A stretch of DNA of 64,000 bases from Nitrospinales bacterium (GTDB taxonomy: Bacteria > Nitrospinota > Nitrospinia > Nitrospinales > VA-1), in the NCBI GenBank assembly GCA_965262115.1, contig OZ253496.1:288001-352000 (forward strand), given 5' to 3'. Under the pieces are notes generated by a model, which was given only the letters and a program-made list of their open reading frames with translations, was not told where the DNA came from and made no database searches. Position 1 is the first letter of the stretch, and each line of letters opens with the position of its first letter. A program made the translations under genes and the position numbers. Of this stretch, positions 1 to 10,443 are shown one piece after another.

Positions 1-716
1 GAAATACCGGCCTTTTCAAATTGGACAACAGCCTCCTTGACAGCTTCAATCATTCTTTCCAAGTTCCAGGGAGCATAGGTTCCTTGCTGGTACATTTCAA
101 ATAATCCCGTATTTTTAATAACCAGAGTGGGATAAATTCTGACAAAATCCGGCCCGAGGCCAATGACATCCTTCACCGATTTTTGGAATTTGTGTTCATT
201 GTCGCCGGGAAGACCGGGCATCAATTGCAAACCCAAGCGAAATCCCCTCTCCCTAATTTTGCTGACGGCAGACTGAATCACGTCAAAGGGACATTCACGT
301 CCCACTAATTTCAGGACTTCATGATCTGTGGACTGGATTCCCAACTCCACCGTTTCAACGTGGTTTTTAGTCAACATTGATAGTCTGACATCATCAATGA
401 ACAAAGCGTGGGTGGAAACCCGGATCGATTGGATTTCTCCCGACAAAATCCAGGGCTGAACCGAGGATAATAAATATTTCTGGCGTTCCAGAGGAATGCC
501 GGTAAAACTGCCTCCGAAAAAAGCCAGTTCCCTTCTCTCGGGGAGTAGATTCCGGTCCAAGCCTTCTAAATGAGTACGCAGGGTTTCTCTTAGCTTATTT
601 CTATCTGTCTTTTTTCCCGTGCCCGTTATTTTAACTTGATTACAAAACGAGCATCGGTAAGGGCAACCTTCATGCGACACAAAAACCGGAACGATCAAAT
701 GTTTTTTCTTTTTCAT
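1..716 (-). CDS. Radical SAM protein (Elp3/YhcC-like), runs off the window start
   Basis: Not in ORF track. Manual translation from ATG at 716 gives MKKKKHLIVPVFVSHEGCPYRCSFCNQVKITG, with the CxxxCxxC motif. Confidence 0.8.
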   Translation of the reverse strand, partial: MKKKKHLIVPVFVSHEGCPYRCSFCNQVKITGTGKKTDRNKLRETLRTHLEGLDRNLLPERRELAFFGGSFTGIPLERQKYLLSSVQPWILSGEIQSIRVSTHALFIDDVRLSMLTKNHVETVELGIQSTDHEVLKLVGRECPFDVIQSAVSKIRERGFRLGLQLMPGLPGDNEHKFQKSVKDVIGLGPDFVRIYPTLVIKNTGLFEMYQQGTYAPWNLERMIEAVKEAVVQFEKAGI

Positions 717-962
717 AGGATAAGAAGCCCATAAGCGGAAGAAATCAAAGCAAACCGGACAAGTAGTAGAGAAACTGGCTAAAAGATTTCCAGATACCTA
801 TTACTACAAGGACTAAAAAAAGCATCCCAATGCAATGCTGAAACCAAATACAATTTTCGATGTGCTGGTTTCCGGCTCAAAGCGCGGGGGCTCTTTATCC
901 TGGGGAATAGGATCCCTTTCATAAGGTAATTTTTTATTGACCATAGCGGGCGCAATTCAAAT

Positions 963-1436
963 TTACAGACGACGATACATTTTTTCAAATTCAACCTTGA
1001 AAGACGCCATGGCGGAATTCATTTCATCCAGCCTTTTAATAATTATTTTTAAAAAGTGGTCCTTAAATTTATTCAGGATGGCAGGATCCAGGGTTTTTAA
1101 CAAATAGGCATCCATTTTCAGCACAACCACCCTGTTTTTGGCAATCACATTGGTGGATCTGGTTTTCCCGGGGATCAATGGAACTTCACCAAACATAGCA
1201 CCAACTTTCAAAGTATTGAGTTCAGCATCTGGCACCTCATCTTTGGTGATGGCCAAAACTCCTTTTAACAGGATAAAAATCGTGGAGTCCTTCTCTCCCT
1301 GGCGAATTATGTAATCCCCCTTTTTATGTTCTATGATATGGGTGTCCAAGTTCACCAAGGTCTTTTTCTCGCCTGCGGTAAAAGGCTTAAAAAAAGAAAT
1401 TTCTTTTATCAACTTTAAGACGTCCTGGTTTCGCAT
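963..1436 (-). CDS. Cyclic nucleotide-binding domain protein
   Basis: cNMP-binding motifs IIRQGE, GAMFGE and TRSTNV; no HTH tail. Confidence 0.85.
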   Translation of the reverse strand: MRNQDVLKLIKEISFFKPFTAGEKKTLVNLDTHIIEHKKGDYIIRQGEKDSTIFILLKGVLAITKDEVPDAELNTLKVGAMFGEVPLIPGKTRSTNVIAKNRVVVLKMDAYLLKTLDPAILNKFKDHFLKIIIKRLDEMNSAMASFKVEFEKMYRRL

Positions 1437-1494
1437 TGTTACTTTCTCAAAAGGATGGATTAGTATCCAGGAAGAATGTTTTACCTCATAAGCT

Positions 1495-1902
1495 TCATTT
1501 TTCCTGGCACTCGCAATACCCGTCTTCAGTCCAAAGAATATTTATATAGTCAGGGAAAATCGTCTCTTTGTCAAAATTGGCCAATTCTATCTGATCGCAG
1601 GTCAAGTTGACAACTCCTTTCAAGTTCGCTCCATGTAAAAAGGAATCCATGAGTTCAGCACCTTCCAAATCGGCATCTGAAAGGTCAGCCTCGCTTAAAA
1701 CCGCCTGGGTTAAATCTGCCCCGACCAAGGTTGCTTTGCGGAGATCCGCTTTGATCAAATAAGCGGCTGTTAAATCTGCCTGGGTTAAATCTGCCTCATC
1801 GAGTTTGGCCCCCATTAACTTGGCATTACTGAGGTCTACCCCCTTCAACTTATCTTTGGAGGCCTCAATTTCCTTTTTCCTTAAAATCCAATCTTCCAGC
1901 AT
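1495..1902 (-). CDS. Pentapeptide repeat protein
   Basis: Tandem A(D/N)Lxx repeats. Confidence 0.9.
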   Translation of the reverse strand: MLEDWILRKKEIEASKDKLKGVDLSNAKLMGAKLDEADLTQADLTAAYLIKADLRKATLVGADLTQAVLSEADLSDADLEGAELMDSFLHGANLKGVVNLTCDQIELANFDKETIFPDYINILWTEDGYCECQEK

Positions 1903-1983
1903 GTTCGATAATATCCAAAGAGTAGTTAGGTTTAGGTTGCTATTTCAGTGAAAACAGTTCAAAAAAAAAGGACACCAGCTACA

Positions 1984-2703
1984 TCATTTGGAAGGATCCG
2001 AAAAACTTTCTATGGCCATTTTAGCCGCCGCCTGTTCCGCTTCCTTTTTACTTTTTCCTGAACCCTGCCCTTTAACTTTATTCTTGATCATCACCACGAC
2101 TTCAAATTCCTTTGCATGATCCGGTCCCAGTTCATTGACCACTTTGTAGGAGGGAGTGCACACCCATTTATTCTGTGTGTATTCCTGAAGTTCACTTTTA
2201 AAATCCCTGAAAGACCAGGAGTGGACTGATTTGGATATTTCCACTTCCAACAGCGGAAGAAATACTTTGGATGCAGATTCCAGTCCACCATCCCTGAACA
2301 AGGCTCCAGCAACGGCTTCAAAAGCGCCGGCCAGGATGGAAGACTTGGCTCTTCCCCCCGACAAATCTTCTCCTTTTCCAAGAAGCAGGTATTTCCCTAA
2401 TTCTAGTTTTCGGGCAAGAGCCGCTAAACAACTTTCATTGACCACCGCCGCGCGAATTTTCGACAAGGTCCCCTCGGCATAATCACTGAATTTATCCACA
2501 AGGTAATCGCTGACCAGAATATCAAGTACAGAGTCACCCAGAAACTCGAATCGCTCATTATGCTTGAGAGACTCGTTTCTTTCATTCACGTAGGATTTAT
2601 GAGTCAGGGCTTTATTGAGAAGTTTCAGGTCGGTAAATGCATACCCGAGCGTTTCCTGAAGGGGAGCAATGTCATTGGCGCGATCAGAAGGGACTTCGAT
2701 CAT
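1984..2703 (-). CDS. rnc: Ribonuclease III
   Basis: HNERFEFLGDSVL signature and C-terminal dsRBD; follows fabF. Confidence 0.97.
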   Translation of the reverse strand: MIEVPSDRANDIAPLQETLGYAFTDLKLLNKALTHKSYVNERNESLKHNERFEFLGDSVLDILVSDYLVDKFSDYAEGTLSKIRAAVVNESCLAALARKLELGKYLLLGKGEDLSGGRAKSSILAGAFEAVAGALFRDGGLESASKVFLPLLEVEISKSVHSWSFRDFKSELQEYTQNKWVCTPSYKVVNELGPDHAKEFEVVVMIKNKVKGQGSGKSKKEAEQAAAKMAIESFSDPSK

Positions 2704-2711
2704 AGCGGAAA

Positions 2712-3953
2712 TTAATTTAAAAATTTCTTAAACACAAGGACCCCGTTAGTACCACCAAAACCAAACGAATTGGAAATGCAAACGCTCAATTTTATTTCAC
2801 GGGCATCATTAGGCACATAATCCAAATCACAGTCCGGATCAGGAGTGGTGTAATTAATAGTCGGCGGGATCACCCCTTTTTGCATAGCCAGAAGAGTGAA
2901 AATTGCTTCGACTCCTCCTGCGGCCCCCAGCAAATGACCGGTCATGGATTTGGTAGAACTGACAGCCAGCTTGTAAGCATGACCGCCAAACGTGGTTTTG
3001 ATAGCCTGTGTTTCCGTTGCATCAGCGCCGGTGGAGGTCCCATGCGCATTGATATAGTCCACATCCTCTTTGTTGATGCCTGCGTTGTTGAGAGCGAGTT
3101 TCAAGCAACGTGCGGCCCCCTCCCCACTGGGAGCAGTCGCCGTAATGTGGTAGGCATCGCCATTGAGACCATAGCCAATAACTTCACCATAAATTCTGGC
3201 GCCGCGTTTTTTGGCGATCTCTAGCTCTTCAAGCATAAGGACTCCGCACCCTTCACCAATGACAAAACCATCCCGATCCTTATCAAAGGGTCGGCTGGCA
3301 CCCTGAGGATCATCATTGCGATGTGATAAGGCCTTTGAGGCGTTAAAGCCAGCAATACAAAGCGGGGTGATGACCGATTCGGTGCCTCCGGCAAACATGA
3401 CATCGGCATCGCCATACTGAATAAGCCTGGCAGCTTCCCCAATAGAATGCGTTCCTGTGGCGCAAGCCGTGACCACACAGGAGTTCGGCCCCTTGGCACC
3501 CGTCATGATAGAAACCTGCCCGGACGCCAGATTAGCAATCAACATGGGAATAAAAAAAGGAGTGATTTTTTTCACTCCCCGTTCCCTTACAATATCGTGA
3601 TATCTTTCAATGGCAGGCAAACCACCCAGGCCAACCCCGACTATAACGCCGACCCGTTCTGCATTCCGGTCATTAATTTCGATCCCCGAATCATCCAACG
3701 CCATTTTACTACAGGCCACGGCATAGTGGATAAACCGGTCCATCTTCTTTACATCTTTGTGGTCTATATACTGTTCTGGATCAAATCCCCTGACTTCTCC
3801 GGCGATTTTGACAGGAAAGTTTTCTTCAGGAGTGAAGGTTTTAATAAAATCCACTCCTGAACGGCCCGCAAACAAAGCCGTTCCGTTTTCATTCACCCCA
3901 ACACCCAAAGGTGAAACGATCCCCAATCCAGTAACAACAACGCGTCTTTTCAT
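2712..3953 (-). CDS. fabF: 3-oxoacyl-ACP synthase II
   Basis: TACATG, NAHGTST, GHLLGAAG and SNSFGFGG motifs. Confidence 0.97.
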   Translation of the reverse strand: MKRRVVVTGLGIVSPLGVGVNENGTALFAGRSGVDFIKTFTPEENFPVKIAGEVRGFDPEQYIDHKDVKKMDRFIHYAVACSKMALDDSGIEINDRNAERVGVIVGVGLGGLPAIERYHDIVRERGVKKITPFFIPMLIANLASGQVSIMTGAKGPNSCVVTACATGTHSIGEAARLIQYGDADVMFAGGTESVITPLCIAGFNASKALSHRNDDPQGASRPFDKDRDGFVIGEGCGVLMLEELEIAKKRGARIYGEVIGYGLNGDAYHITATAPSGEGAARCLKLALNNAGINKEDVDYINAHGTSTGADATETQAIKTTFGGHAYKLAVSSTKSMTGHLLGAAGGVEAIFTLLAMQKGVIPPTINYTTPDPDCDLDYVPNDAREIKLSVCISNSFGFGGTNGVLVFKKFLN

Positions 3954-3982
3954 GCATGCACCCTGGGGATTATGATGACCAA

Positions 3983-4216
3983 TCAGTTGGTTCGGCTTGT
4001 TATATAATTTGTAGCATCCTGAACCGTGGCTATTTTTTCAGCCTCCTCATCGGGAATTTCAATATCAAATTCCTCCTCAAGAGCCATCACCAATTCCACC
4101 GTATCGAGAGAATCGGCCCCCAGGTCATCAATAAAAGACGCTTCTGCAGTCATCTGTTTTTCATCAACGCCTAACTGATCAACAATAATTTCTTTAACTT
4201 TTTCTTCAACTGACAT
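3983..4216 (-). CDS. acpP: Acyl carrier protein
   Basis: [12 protein letters not shown] phosphopantetheine site. Confidence 0.98.
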   Translation of the reverse strand: MSVEEKVKEIIVDQLGVDEKQMTAEASFIDDLGADSLDTVELVMALEEEFDIEIPDEEAEKIATVQDATNYITSRTN

Positions 4217-4241
4217 AATTTTTAAAACTCCTTGTTTGGAA

Positions 4242-4982
4242 TCACATCAACATACCACCGTTTAAATTAATGACCTGTCCTGTAATATAACTGGACTTAT
4301 CGGAAACTAAAAAAGCAACACAGCGCGCTACATCTTCAGGCAGCCCCAGTCTGGCAAGGGGTATCTGCTCAATCAATTTTTGCCGTACCGTTTCATCCAA
4401 AACCCGTGTCATTTCTGTATCAATAAAACCGGGTGCCACTGCATTCACTCTGATCCCTCTGGATGCTACTTCCCGGGCCAGAGTTTTTGTCAAACCAATC
4501 ACCCCGGCCTTGGATGCCGAGTAATTGGCCTGGCCAAAATTACCCATCACCCCAACGATTGAAGCGATATTAACAATCGCCCCACTTTTTTGTTTCATCA
4601 TCTGCTTTGCTGCCTGTTGGCTACAAAGAAAACTTCCCTTAAGGTTAATATCCAGAACCAGATTCCAATCACTTTCTTTCATCCGAATCATCAAACAGTC
4701 GCGAGTGATTCCCGCGTTATTGACCACGATATCCACCGGCTTTTTATCCTTCAGGATGAAATCAAAAACCTGTTTTACCTCAGCAGCGTTTGAGACATCA
4801 ATTTTAACGGCGGAAGCCGACCCGCCGTTATTATTTATAGCTTCTGCCGTAGCCTGGGCTCCTTCCAGGTTCACGTCTCCCAGCACTACATGAGCTCCTG
4901 CCCGGGTCAGTTCCTCACCGATGGTTCTACCAATTCCCTGAGCCCCCCCAGTGACCAAAGCCACTTTATCTTTCAGTTCCAT
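4242..4982 (-). CDS. fabG: 3-oxoacyl-ACP reductase
   Basis: SDR motifs [16 protein letters not shown] and YSASK; fab operon context. Confidence 0.96.
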   Translation of the reverse strand: MELKDKVALVTGGAQGIGRTIGEELTRAGAHVVLGDVNLEGAQATAEAINNNGGSASAVKIDVSNAAEVKQVFDFILKDKKPVDIVVNNAGITRDCLMIRMKESDWNLVLDINLKGSFLCSQQAAKQMMKQKSGAIVNIASIVGVMGNFGQANYSASKAGVIGLTKTLAREVASRGIRVNAVAPGFIDTEMTRVLDETVRQKLIEQIPLARLGLPEDVARCVAFLVSDKSSYITGQVINLNGGMLM

Positions 4983-5006
4983 TAAAATCCTGTTCGAACG
5001 ATTAAG

Positions 5007-5948
5007 TCAATTTGCGTTTAAAGCGGCCAGAGTTTGCGACAAACTTTTGCGGTCTTCAACCTGATAGCAATTGATGTTTCTGTTAAATCTTTTTATCAGG
5101 CCGGATAAAACTTTTCCCGATCCCAACTCAATGACTGTATCAATACCATGATCCATCAGCACCTGCATCGTCTCCGACCAACGCACAGGAGAACAAACCT
5201 GTTTAACAAGGGCGGATCTGGCTTCGCTTCCTTTAGTGATGGGTTTTGCCTCGATGTTGGTGATTATAGGAAAGGACAGGTCGTGAAACTCGGTATGCTC
5301 TAATTCTTTTTGAAGCTTGATCTCAGCCGGTTTCATAAGGGCACTGTGAAACGGAGCACTTACCGGCAAGGGTACGGCTTTTTTTGCGCCTGCCTGCAAC
5401 GCCTTTTCGGAAGCCTGTAAAACGGCCTCCTTATGACCTGCAATGACCGTCTGTACAGGACTGTTTAAGTTAGCCGGCTGAACGATACAGGACTCTTCAG
5501 AAACCTGGTCGCACAATTTCTGAAGCGTATCAATCGGCAATCCTATAATGGCGGCCATTGTCCCCACTCCAATCGGAACCGCTTCCTGCATGAACTGGCC
5601 CCGCAATCGGACCAACCTTACCGCATCCTTAAATTGAAGAGCCCCTGCAGAAACCAAGGCCGAAAATTCACCCAGGCTATGGCCTGCCGCAATTACCGAA
5701 TCTATACCATTTTCCCTTAATATTTTCAAGGCCATTGTACTATGCGCCAGCAGTGCGGGCTGGGTATTTTCTGTCAACCTCAAAGTTTCTTCAGGGCCAT
5801 TAAAACAAATATTTGCAAGATCATATCCCAAAACCTCATTGGCTTCCTCCAACAATTCGTGAGCCGAGAGGACATGGTCATAAAAGTCTTTGCCCATGCC
5901 CACAAACTGGGAACCTTGGCCGGGAAAAACAAAAGCAATCTTTACCAT
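5007..5948 (-). CDS. fabD: Malonyl-CoA:ACP transacylase
   Basis: FPGQGSQ, GHSLGE and SAPFHS motifs. Confidence 0.97.
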   Translation of the reverse strand: MVKIAFVFPGQGSQFVGMGKDFYDHVLSAHELLEEANEVLGYDLANICFNGPEETLRLTENTQPALLAHSTMALKILRENGIDSVIAAGHSLGEFSALVSAGALQFKDAVRLVRLRGQFMQEAVPIGVGTMAAIIGLPIDTLQKLCDQVSEESCIVQPANLNSPVQTVIAGHKEAVLQASEKALQAGAKKAVPLPVSAPFHSALMKPAEIKLQKELEHTEFHDLSFPIITNIEAKPITKGSEARSALVKQVCSPVRWSETMQVLMDHGIDTVIELGSGKVLSGLIKRFNRNINCYQVEDRKSLSQTLAALNAN

Positions 5949-6943
5949 TTGATCACCGCCGATCCCCAGGTCAGGCCCGCCCCAACTACCCCTAGCACAG
6001 AGGTGTCACCGGGTTGAATACGTCCACTCCGTTTCGCTTCATCAATCCCGATCGGGATGGAAGCTCCAGAGGTATTGCCATATTTGTGGATGTTCATGAA
6101 TACTTTTTCCATGGGATAGTTCAACCTTTCAGCAACCGCGCTGATAATCCTTTGGTTGGCTTGATGCGGAACCATAAGCCCCACCTCCTCCATACTCAAA
6201 CCATTAAACTCCAAAGCTTCACGAATCACATCCGTCATTCTTTTAACAGCGACCTTAAATGTCGCATTGCCGGACATTTTGATGAAATATTTTTTGTCAT
6301 CAACATCTTGTTTATTAATCCCCGTCCTGCCAATTCCACCCGGAATGCAGATCAGATCAGACAAGCGGCCGTCCGAATAAATATGCGTGGATAAAATTCC
6401 CAGAGGCTGCTCATGCTCCACCATTTTTAGCAATAAAGCCCCTGCCCCATCACCGAAAAGAATGCAGGTGGATCTGTCCGTCCAATCGATGATTCTGGAA
6501 TTGACCTCACTACCTATAACCAGGATATTTTCGTAACGCCCATTTTTCAAATATTGCTCAGCAATGGAAAGACCGAAAACAAATCCGGAACACACTGCGG
6601 AAATATCATAAGCGGCAGACCCGAAAGCTTGAATTTCGTTTTGCACAAAGCAGGCGGTGGAAGGGAACAGTACATCCGGACTGGAAGTGCAGACAATGAT
6701 TAAATCCACATCCTCAGGACCAATCCCGCCCTCTTCCAATGCCTGCTTCCCGGCCTTAGCCGCCATCGTGGAGGCGGACTCATCGTCAGCAGCAATCCGG
6801 CGCTCGCGGATTCCTGTCCGCTCAGTGATCCACGCATCGGAAGTATCAAGGGTTTTTTCAAGATCCTGATTTGTGAGGATTTTTTCCGGCAAGTAAGCGC
6901 CAGTTCCCGCGACTACTGCCCTGAAGGTATTTTGAGAAGTCAT
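5942..6943 (-). CDS. fabH: 3-oxoacyl-ACP synthase III
   Basis: AVCSGF, FGDGAGA, PHQAN and GNTS motifs. Confidence 0.96.
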   Translation of the reverse strand: MTSQNTFRAVVAGTGAYLPEKILTNQDLEKTLDTSDAWITERTGIRERRIAADDESASTMAAKAGKQALEEGGIGPEDVDLIIVCTSSPDVLFPSTACFVQNEIQAFGSAAYDISAVCSGFVFGLSIAEQYLKNGRYENILVIGSEVNSRIIDWTDRSTCILFGDGAGALLLKMVEHEQPLGILSTHIYSDGRLSDLICIPGGIGRTGINKQDVDDKKYFIKMSGNATFKVAVKRMTDVIREALEFNGLSMEEVGLMVPHQANQRIISAVAERLNYPMEKVFMNIHKYGNTSGASIPIGIDEAKRSGRIQPGDTSVLGVVGAGLTWGSAVIKW

Positions 6944-6958
6944 TAAAATATGAAGTTA

Positions 6959-8080
6959 TCAGGTTTCGTCAGAACTTTTATTGGCTGGTTTATCGGGTTC
7001 TTCCTTATTGGCTTCTGCAGACTCTGCACCAAACGCCATATCTTTGATCTGTTTCCAAATTGTCCCTTTTGATGCTTCCATATCGGCCAGGTTAGATTCA
7101 ATGCCTTGTCGAATATGTGTATTGATGTTTTTCTCACTCAATTCACGAGCCCGGTTGATCGCATTTTTTATCGCTTTCGGCGAAGAACTTCCATGCGCGA
7201 TGATAACGACTCCGTTCACCCCCAATAGAGGGGCTCCGCCGGTCTCTGAATAGTCGACCTTTTTCTTGAATTGGTCCAACTGCGACTTTAAAAACAAATA
7301 GCCCAGTTTGCTAAGCCAACTGCTTTGAAACATGCGCTTGAGGTTGGTTCCAATCATTTCTGCCAGGCTCTCACTTATTTTGAGCGCCACATTGCCGGTG
7401 AAGCCATCACAAACAATCACATCCGCATTACCCCGATAGACTTCCTTGCCTTCAATATTGCCAATAAAATTGATATGGCTGGCTTTGAGCATTTGAAAGG
7501 CCTCCTTGACGATCTCATTTCCCTTTCCATCTTCTTCGCCAATACTGAGCAAACCTACCCGGGGATTTTCCTTGCCGAGAATATATTCCGCAAAAACATG
7601 GCCCATAATACCAAACTGAAACAACTGGCTGGTTTTGCAATCGACATTTGCGCCGGCATCCAGAAGAATGGCATTGCCCTTTAAAGTCGGTAATTGAATG
7701 GCAATGGCAGGCCGGTCAACACCGTTTAGTGGCCGTAATATTACCGTCGAATAAGCCAGAACTGCGCCGGTATTTCCGGCACTCAGAAAAGCCGATGCTG
7801 TCCCCTCTTTAACCAGGTCCAAACCAATTTTCATGGAGGACTTGCGTTTGGAGCGCAGGACTTTCCCGGGACTGTCGTGCATTTCCACCACCTCATCGGC
7901 GTGGACAATCTGAATAGGAAGGTTATGATCGGGATCGAGCCGGTCTAAGACCGCCTGAATCGGTTCGGACAAACCGGTGAGAATGATTTCCGTTTTATAT
8001 TCCCTCGCCGCCATGACCGCGCCTTCTACAGCAGCTTCCGGAGCATGATCGCCCCCCATGGCGTCAACCACGATTTTCAT
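6959..8080 (-). CDS. plsX: Phosphate acyltransferase PlsX
   Basis: MKIVVDAMGGDHAP start (ATG at 8080; the longer ORF extends into an intergenic repeat), SAGNTGA, DGFTGN. Confidence 0.96.
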   Translation of the reverse strand: MKIVVDAMGGDHAPEAAVEGAVMAAREYKTEIILTGLSEPIQAVLDRLDPDHNLPIQIVHADEVVEMHDSPGKVLRSKRKSSMKIGLDLVKEGTASAFLSAGNTGAVLAYSTVILRPLNGVDRPAIAIQLPTLKGNAILLDAGANVDCKTSQLFQFGIMGHVFAEYILGKENPRVGLLSIGEEDGKGNEIVKEAFQMLKASHINFIGNIEGKEVYRGNADVIVCDGFTGNVALKISESLAEMIGTNLKRMFQSSWLSKLGYLFLKSQLDQFKKKVDYSETGGAPLLGVNGVVIIAHGSSSPKAIKNAINRARELSEKNINTHIRQGIESNLADMEASKGTIWKQIKDMAFGAESAEANKEEPDKPANKSSDET

Positions 8081-8115
8081 TTCCGGGTCTGGCTCCTTTC
8101 CACTAGCCGTGGGGG

Positions 8116-8176
8116 CAAATAGCAATGGCTCGTTGAGCCGAGATAACTCTTTGCCAGCCCAAAAAAGTTGTTGCAC
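8116..8176 (+). repeat. Dispersed intergenic repeat family, core TTGAGCCGAGATAACTCTTTGCTAGCC (representative copy)
   Basis: Degenerate copies at about 9150(-), 15685(-), 18990(+), 21608(+), 25265(+), 31660(-), 44630(-) and 52846(-). Confidence 0.75.
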
Positions 8177-8256
8177 TTTGTCACCGGCGGCCCGCCGGCC
8201 AAAGAGCGTTGGGGATTATCGAGAGGAATACGAGTAGCTAAACAGTGACGGAGGTA

Positions 8257-8439
8257 CTAAACCGCTTCGACTTCCATCACTTCTTTGCCTTTGTAATAGC
8301 CGCAATGTGCACAGATATGGTGTGGGCGGACCATCTCATGGCACTGAGGGCACTCAACATAGGAAGGAACGCTTAAGCTATCGTGAGACCGACGCATTCC
8401 TTGTTTGGATTTAGATGTTTTCTTCTTTGGGACAGCCAT
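8257..8439 (-). CDS. rpmF: 50S ribosomal protein L32
   Basis: [11 protein letters not shown]...CPQC...[10 protein letters not shown]. Confidence 0.97.
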   Translation of the reverse strand: MAVPKKKTSKSKQGMRRSHDSLSVPSYVECPQCHEMVRPHHICAHCGYYKGKEVMEVEAV

Positions 8440-8448
8440 AATATCTCC

Positions 8449-8973
8449 CTATTTCAACTTGTCTTTTAATTGTTCTAAAACTGCCAGTCGTGGATCGCAA
8501 GACTCTTCATTTTTGCAACCACATTTACTCTCATTCAGGTTTGTCCCGCACTGGGGGCATAAGCCTGCACAATTTTCCCGGCACAATATGACTTGCGGCA
8601 GGCTCAATAATATTAAATCTCGAACTGGAGGGGACAGGTCAATACGGCCCTCTTCATAATAATCTTGTTCCACATCCAGACCCGTCAACTCAATTTCACC
8701 GGCCAGTTGCTCATTTCCAACCCCAGGGATGAAGTGAACACTGAGCTTGGCTTTCACCGCAAAACTAAAATCACCCAAACATCGGGTACAGGTGACAGAG
8801 AGTCCCGTCTGCAAACTACCCTGGCAGAGAACTTCCTGACCGGATTTTTCTAGCTTCCCCTGAACTTTAACATCCTCCGTTAAAACACAGTCGTCTATAT
8901 TGAAGTGCTCTTTAGGCTCAAGCACATCAAAATTCAGACCCTCTTCGTAAATTTCCTCAATATCAAAAATCAT
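8449..8973 (-). CDS. YceD/DUF177 family protein
   Basis: CTRCL and CRENCAGLCPQCG...DPRL motifs; upstream of rpmF. Confidence 0.92.
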   Translation of the reverse strand: MIFDIEEIYEEGLNFDVLEPKEHFNIDDCVLTEDVKVQGKLEKSGQEVLCQGSLQTGLSVTCTRCLGDFSFAVKAKLSVHFIPGVGNEQLAGEIELTGLDVEQDYYEEGRIDLSPPVRDLILLSLPQVILCRENCAGLCPQCGTNLNESKCGCKNEESCDPRLAVLEQLKDKLK

Positions 8974-9281
8974 GGCTTGAAAAAACCCTTGAATTCAAAC
9001 CCTTTGCATTTCCGGAAGCTCAATTCAGAAGGAGGGATATGGAGGGAGAATGTTATCTTTTATAGCAATTTCAGTCAAGAAAATAATTCCCACTCGGCGT
9101 GGGGCCAGTGAGAACCGGCGAGCCGCCGGTGGCAGATAGCCATGGCTCATTTGGCTAGCAAAGAGTTATCTCGTGACAGGCTGAGTGAAGTTTGAAGGAC
9201 CACTATTTAAAAGAGAGGGGCTCATATAGACCCCGCAAGCGGGGATTGCCGGTTGCTAGTTCGCCCCACGCGGAGTGGCGG

Positions 9282-10160
9282 CTAGTGGCGCGGGTGGAAC
9301 CGGTTGTGGACTTCGAGCATTCTTTTTTCCAGAACATGAGTGTAGATTTGTGTGGTTGAGATATCGGCATGCCCTAGCATCTGCTGGACCGATCTCAAAT
9401 CGGCTCCCCTATCCAATAAATGCGTGGCGAAAGCGTGTCTCAAGGTATGCGGCGACACATTGGCTTTGATACCGCATTGACGCACATATCCTTTTAACAG
9501 CTTCCAGAATCCTTGCCGGGTCATGGCTTTGACTCTTCGGGTCAGGAACAATTCTTCCACCTTTTGCCTCTTGGCCAGAACAGGCCGGGAGTTTAACAAA
9601 TAGTCCTCCAATACATTTCTCGCAACCATGCCTATGGGGACAATGCGCTCTTTCGATCCTTTCCCCATAGTTCTCAGGCAACCAGCTACCAGATCGAGGT
9701 TATGCCCCTTCACCGATATCAGTTCAGAGACCCGCATTCCGGTTGCATACAAAACCTCCAGCATGGCCTGATCTCTGAGACCAATGGTGGTGTCCATATC
9801 CGGACAACTCAAAAGTTTGTCGACATCGGCCAGCGATAGTATATGAGGAAGCTTTCTCCACCGCCGAGGGGTTTCCAGAATCTCGGCCGGATTATCATTG
9901 AGTTGTTTGTCTTGACACAGATAGCGAAAAAAGGATTTGATCGAAGACAGACTTCGCGCAATGGAAGACGGCGACAAGCCCTCATCACGCAATATCAGAA
10001 GAGAACTACGAATATCCGCCGTTGTCAGGCCTGCCACTTCCTTGTCAGGAAAAGCCCGAGCAAAACGCCGCAGATCACGGCAATACCCTGCCACTGTGTG
10101 CGGCGAATGTCTTTTCTCAATGCGCAAATATTCGGAAAACTCTTGAATTAATGCATCCAT
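9282..10160 (-). CDS. xerD: Tyrosine recombinase XerD
   Basis: LYATGMRVSEL, GKGSKER, SPHTLRHAFATHLL and LGHADISTTQIYTHV motifs. Confidence 0.9.
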   Translation of the reverse strand: MDALIQEFSEYLRIEKRHSPHTVAGYCRDLRRFARAFPDKEVAGLTTADIRSSLLILRDEGLSPSSIARSLSSIKSFFRYLCQDKQLNDNPAEILETPRRWRKLPHILSLADVDKLLSCPDMDTTIGLRDQAMLEVLYATGMRVSELISVKGHNLDLVAGCLRTMGKGSKERIVPIGMVARNVLEDYLLNSRPVLAKRQKVEELFLTRRVKAMTRQGFWKLLKGYVRQCGIKANVSPHTLRHAFATHLLDRGADLRSVQQMLGHADISTTQIYTHVLEKRMLEVHNRFHPRH

Positions 10161-10443
10161 AATAAAATTATGGTATAAAATTCAATAAGTTACAATTATT
10201 ATTTTTCTTATTAGGTTTATTCTGCTCAATCTGTTAAGCTTGATAGTCGAATCATAGAAGATGAATGGTTAACACAATGAAATTAGCCCATTACTGGTTT
10301 TTACCCTTCCATAAGCTTCGGATCGCCTGACCTCTCCCTCGTGGCAGGTCGCTGTTCCACTGTCCGCTTATTTTTTAGACCGAGTCATCGCCGTTTTTCG
10401 CATTTATTCATTCACAATTAAACTTTAAAAACTACAGACAACT

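Noticed and set aside
6959..8176. N-terminal extensions of plsX (and of ORFs at 21640, 25300, 55134, 57642)
   Set aside because: The extensions run through intergenic or repeat sequence; downstream ATGs fit the family N-termini or an RBS better.
9282..10160. Tyrosine recombinase as a prophage or island integrase
   Set aside because: Motifs and length fit housekeeping XerD; it is flanked by core genes, with no att site or cargo seen.
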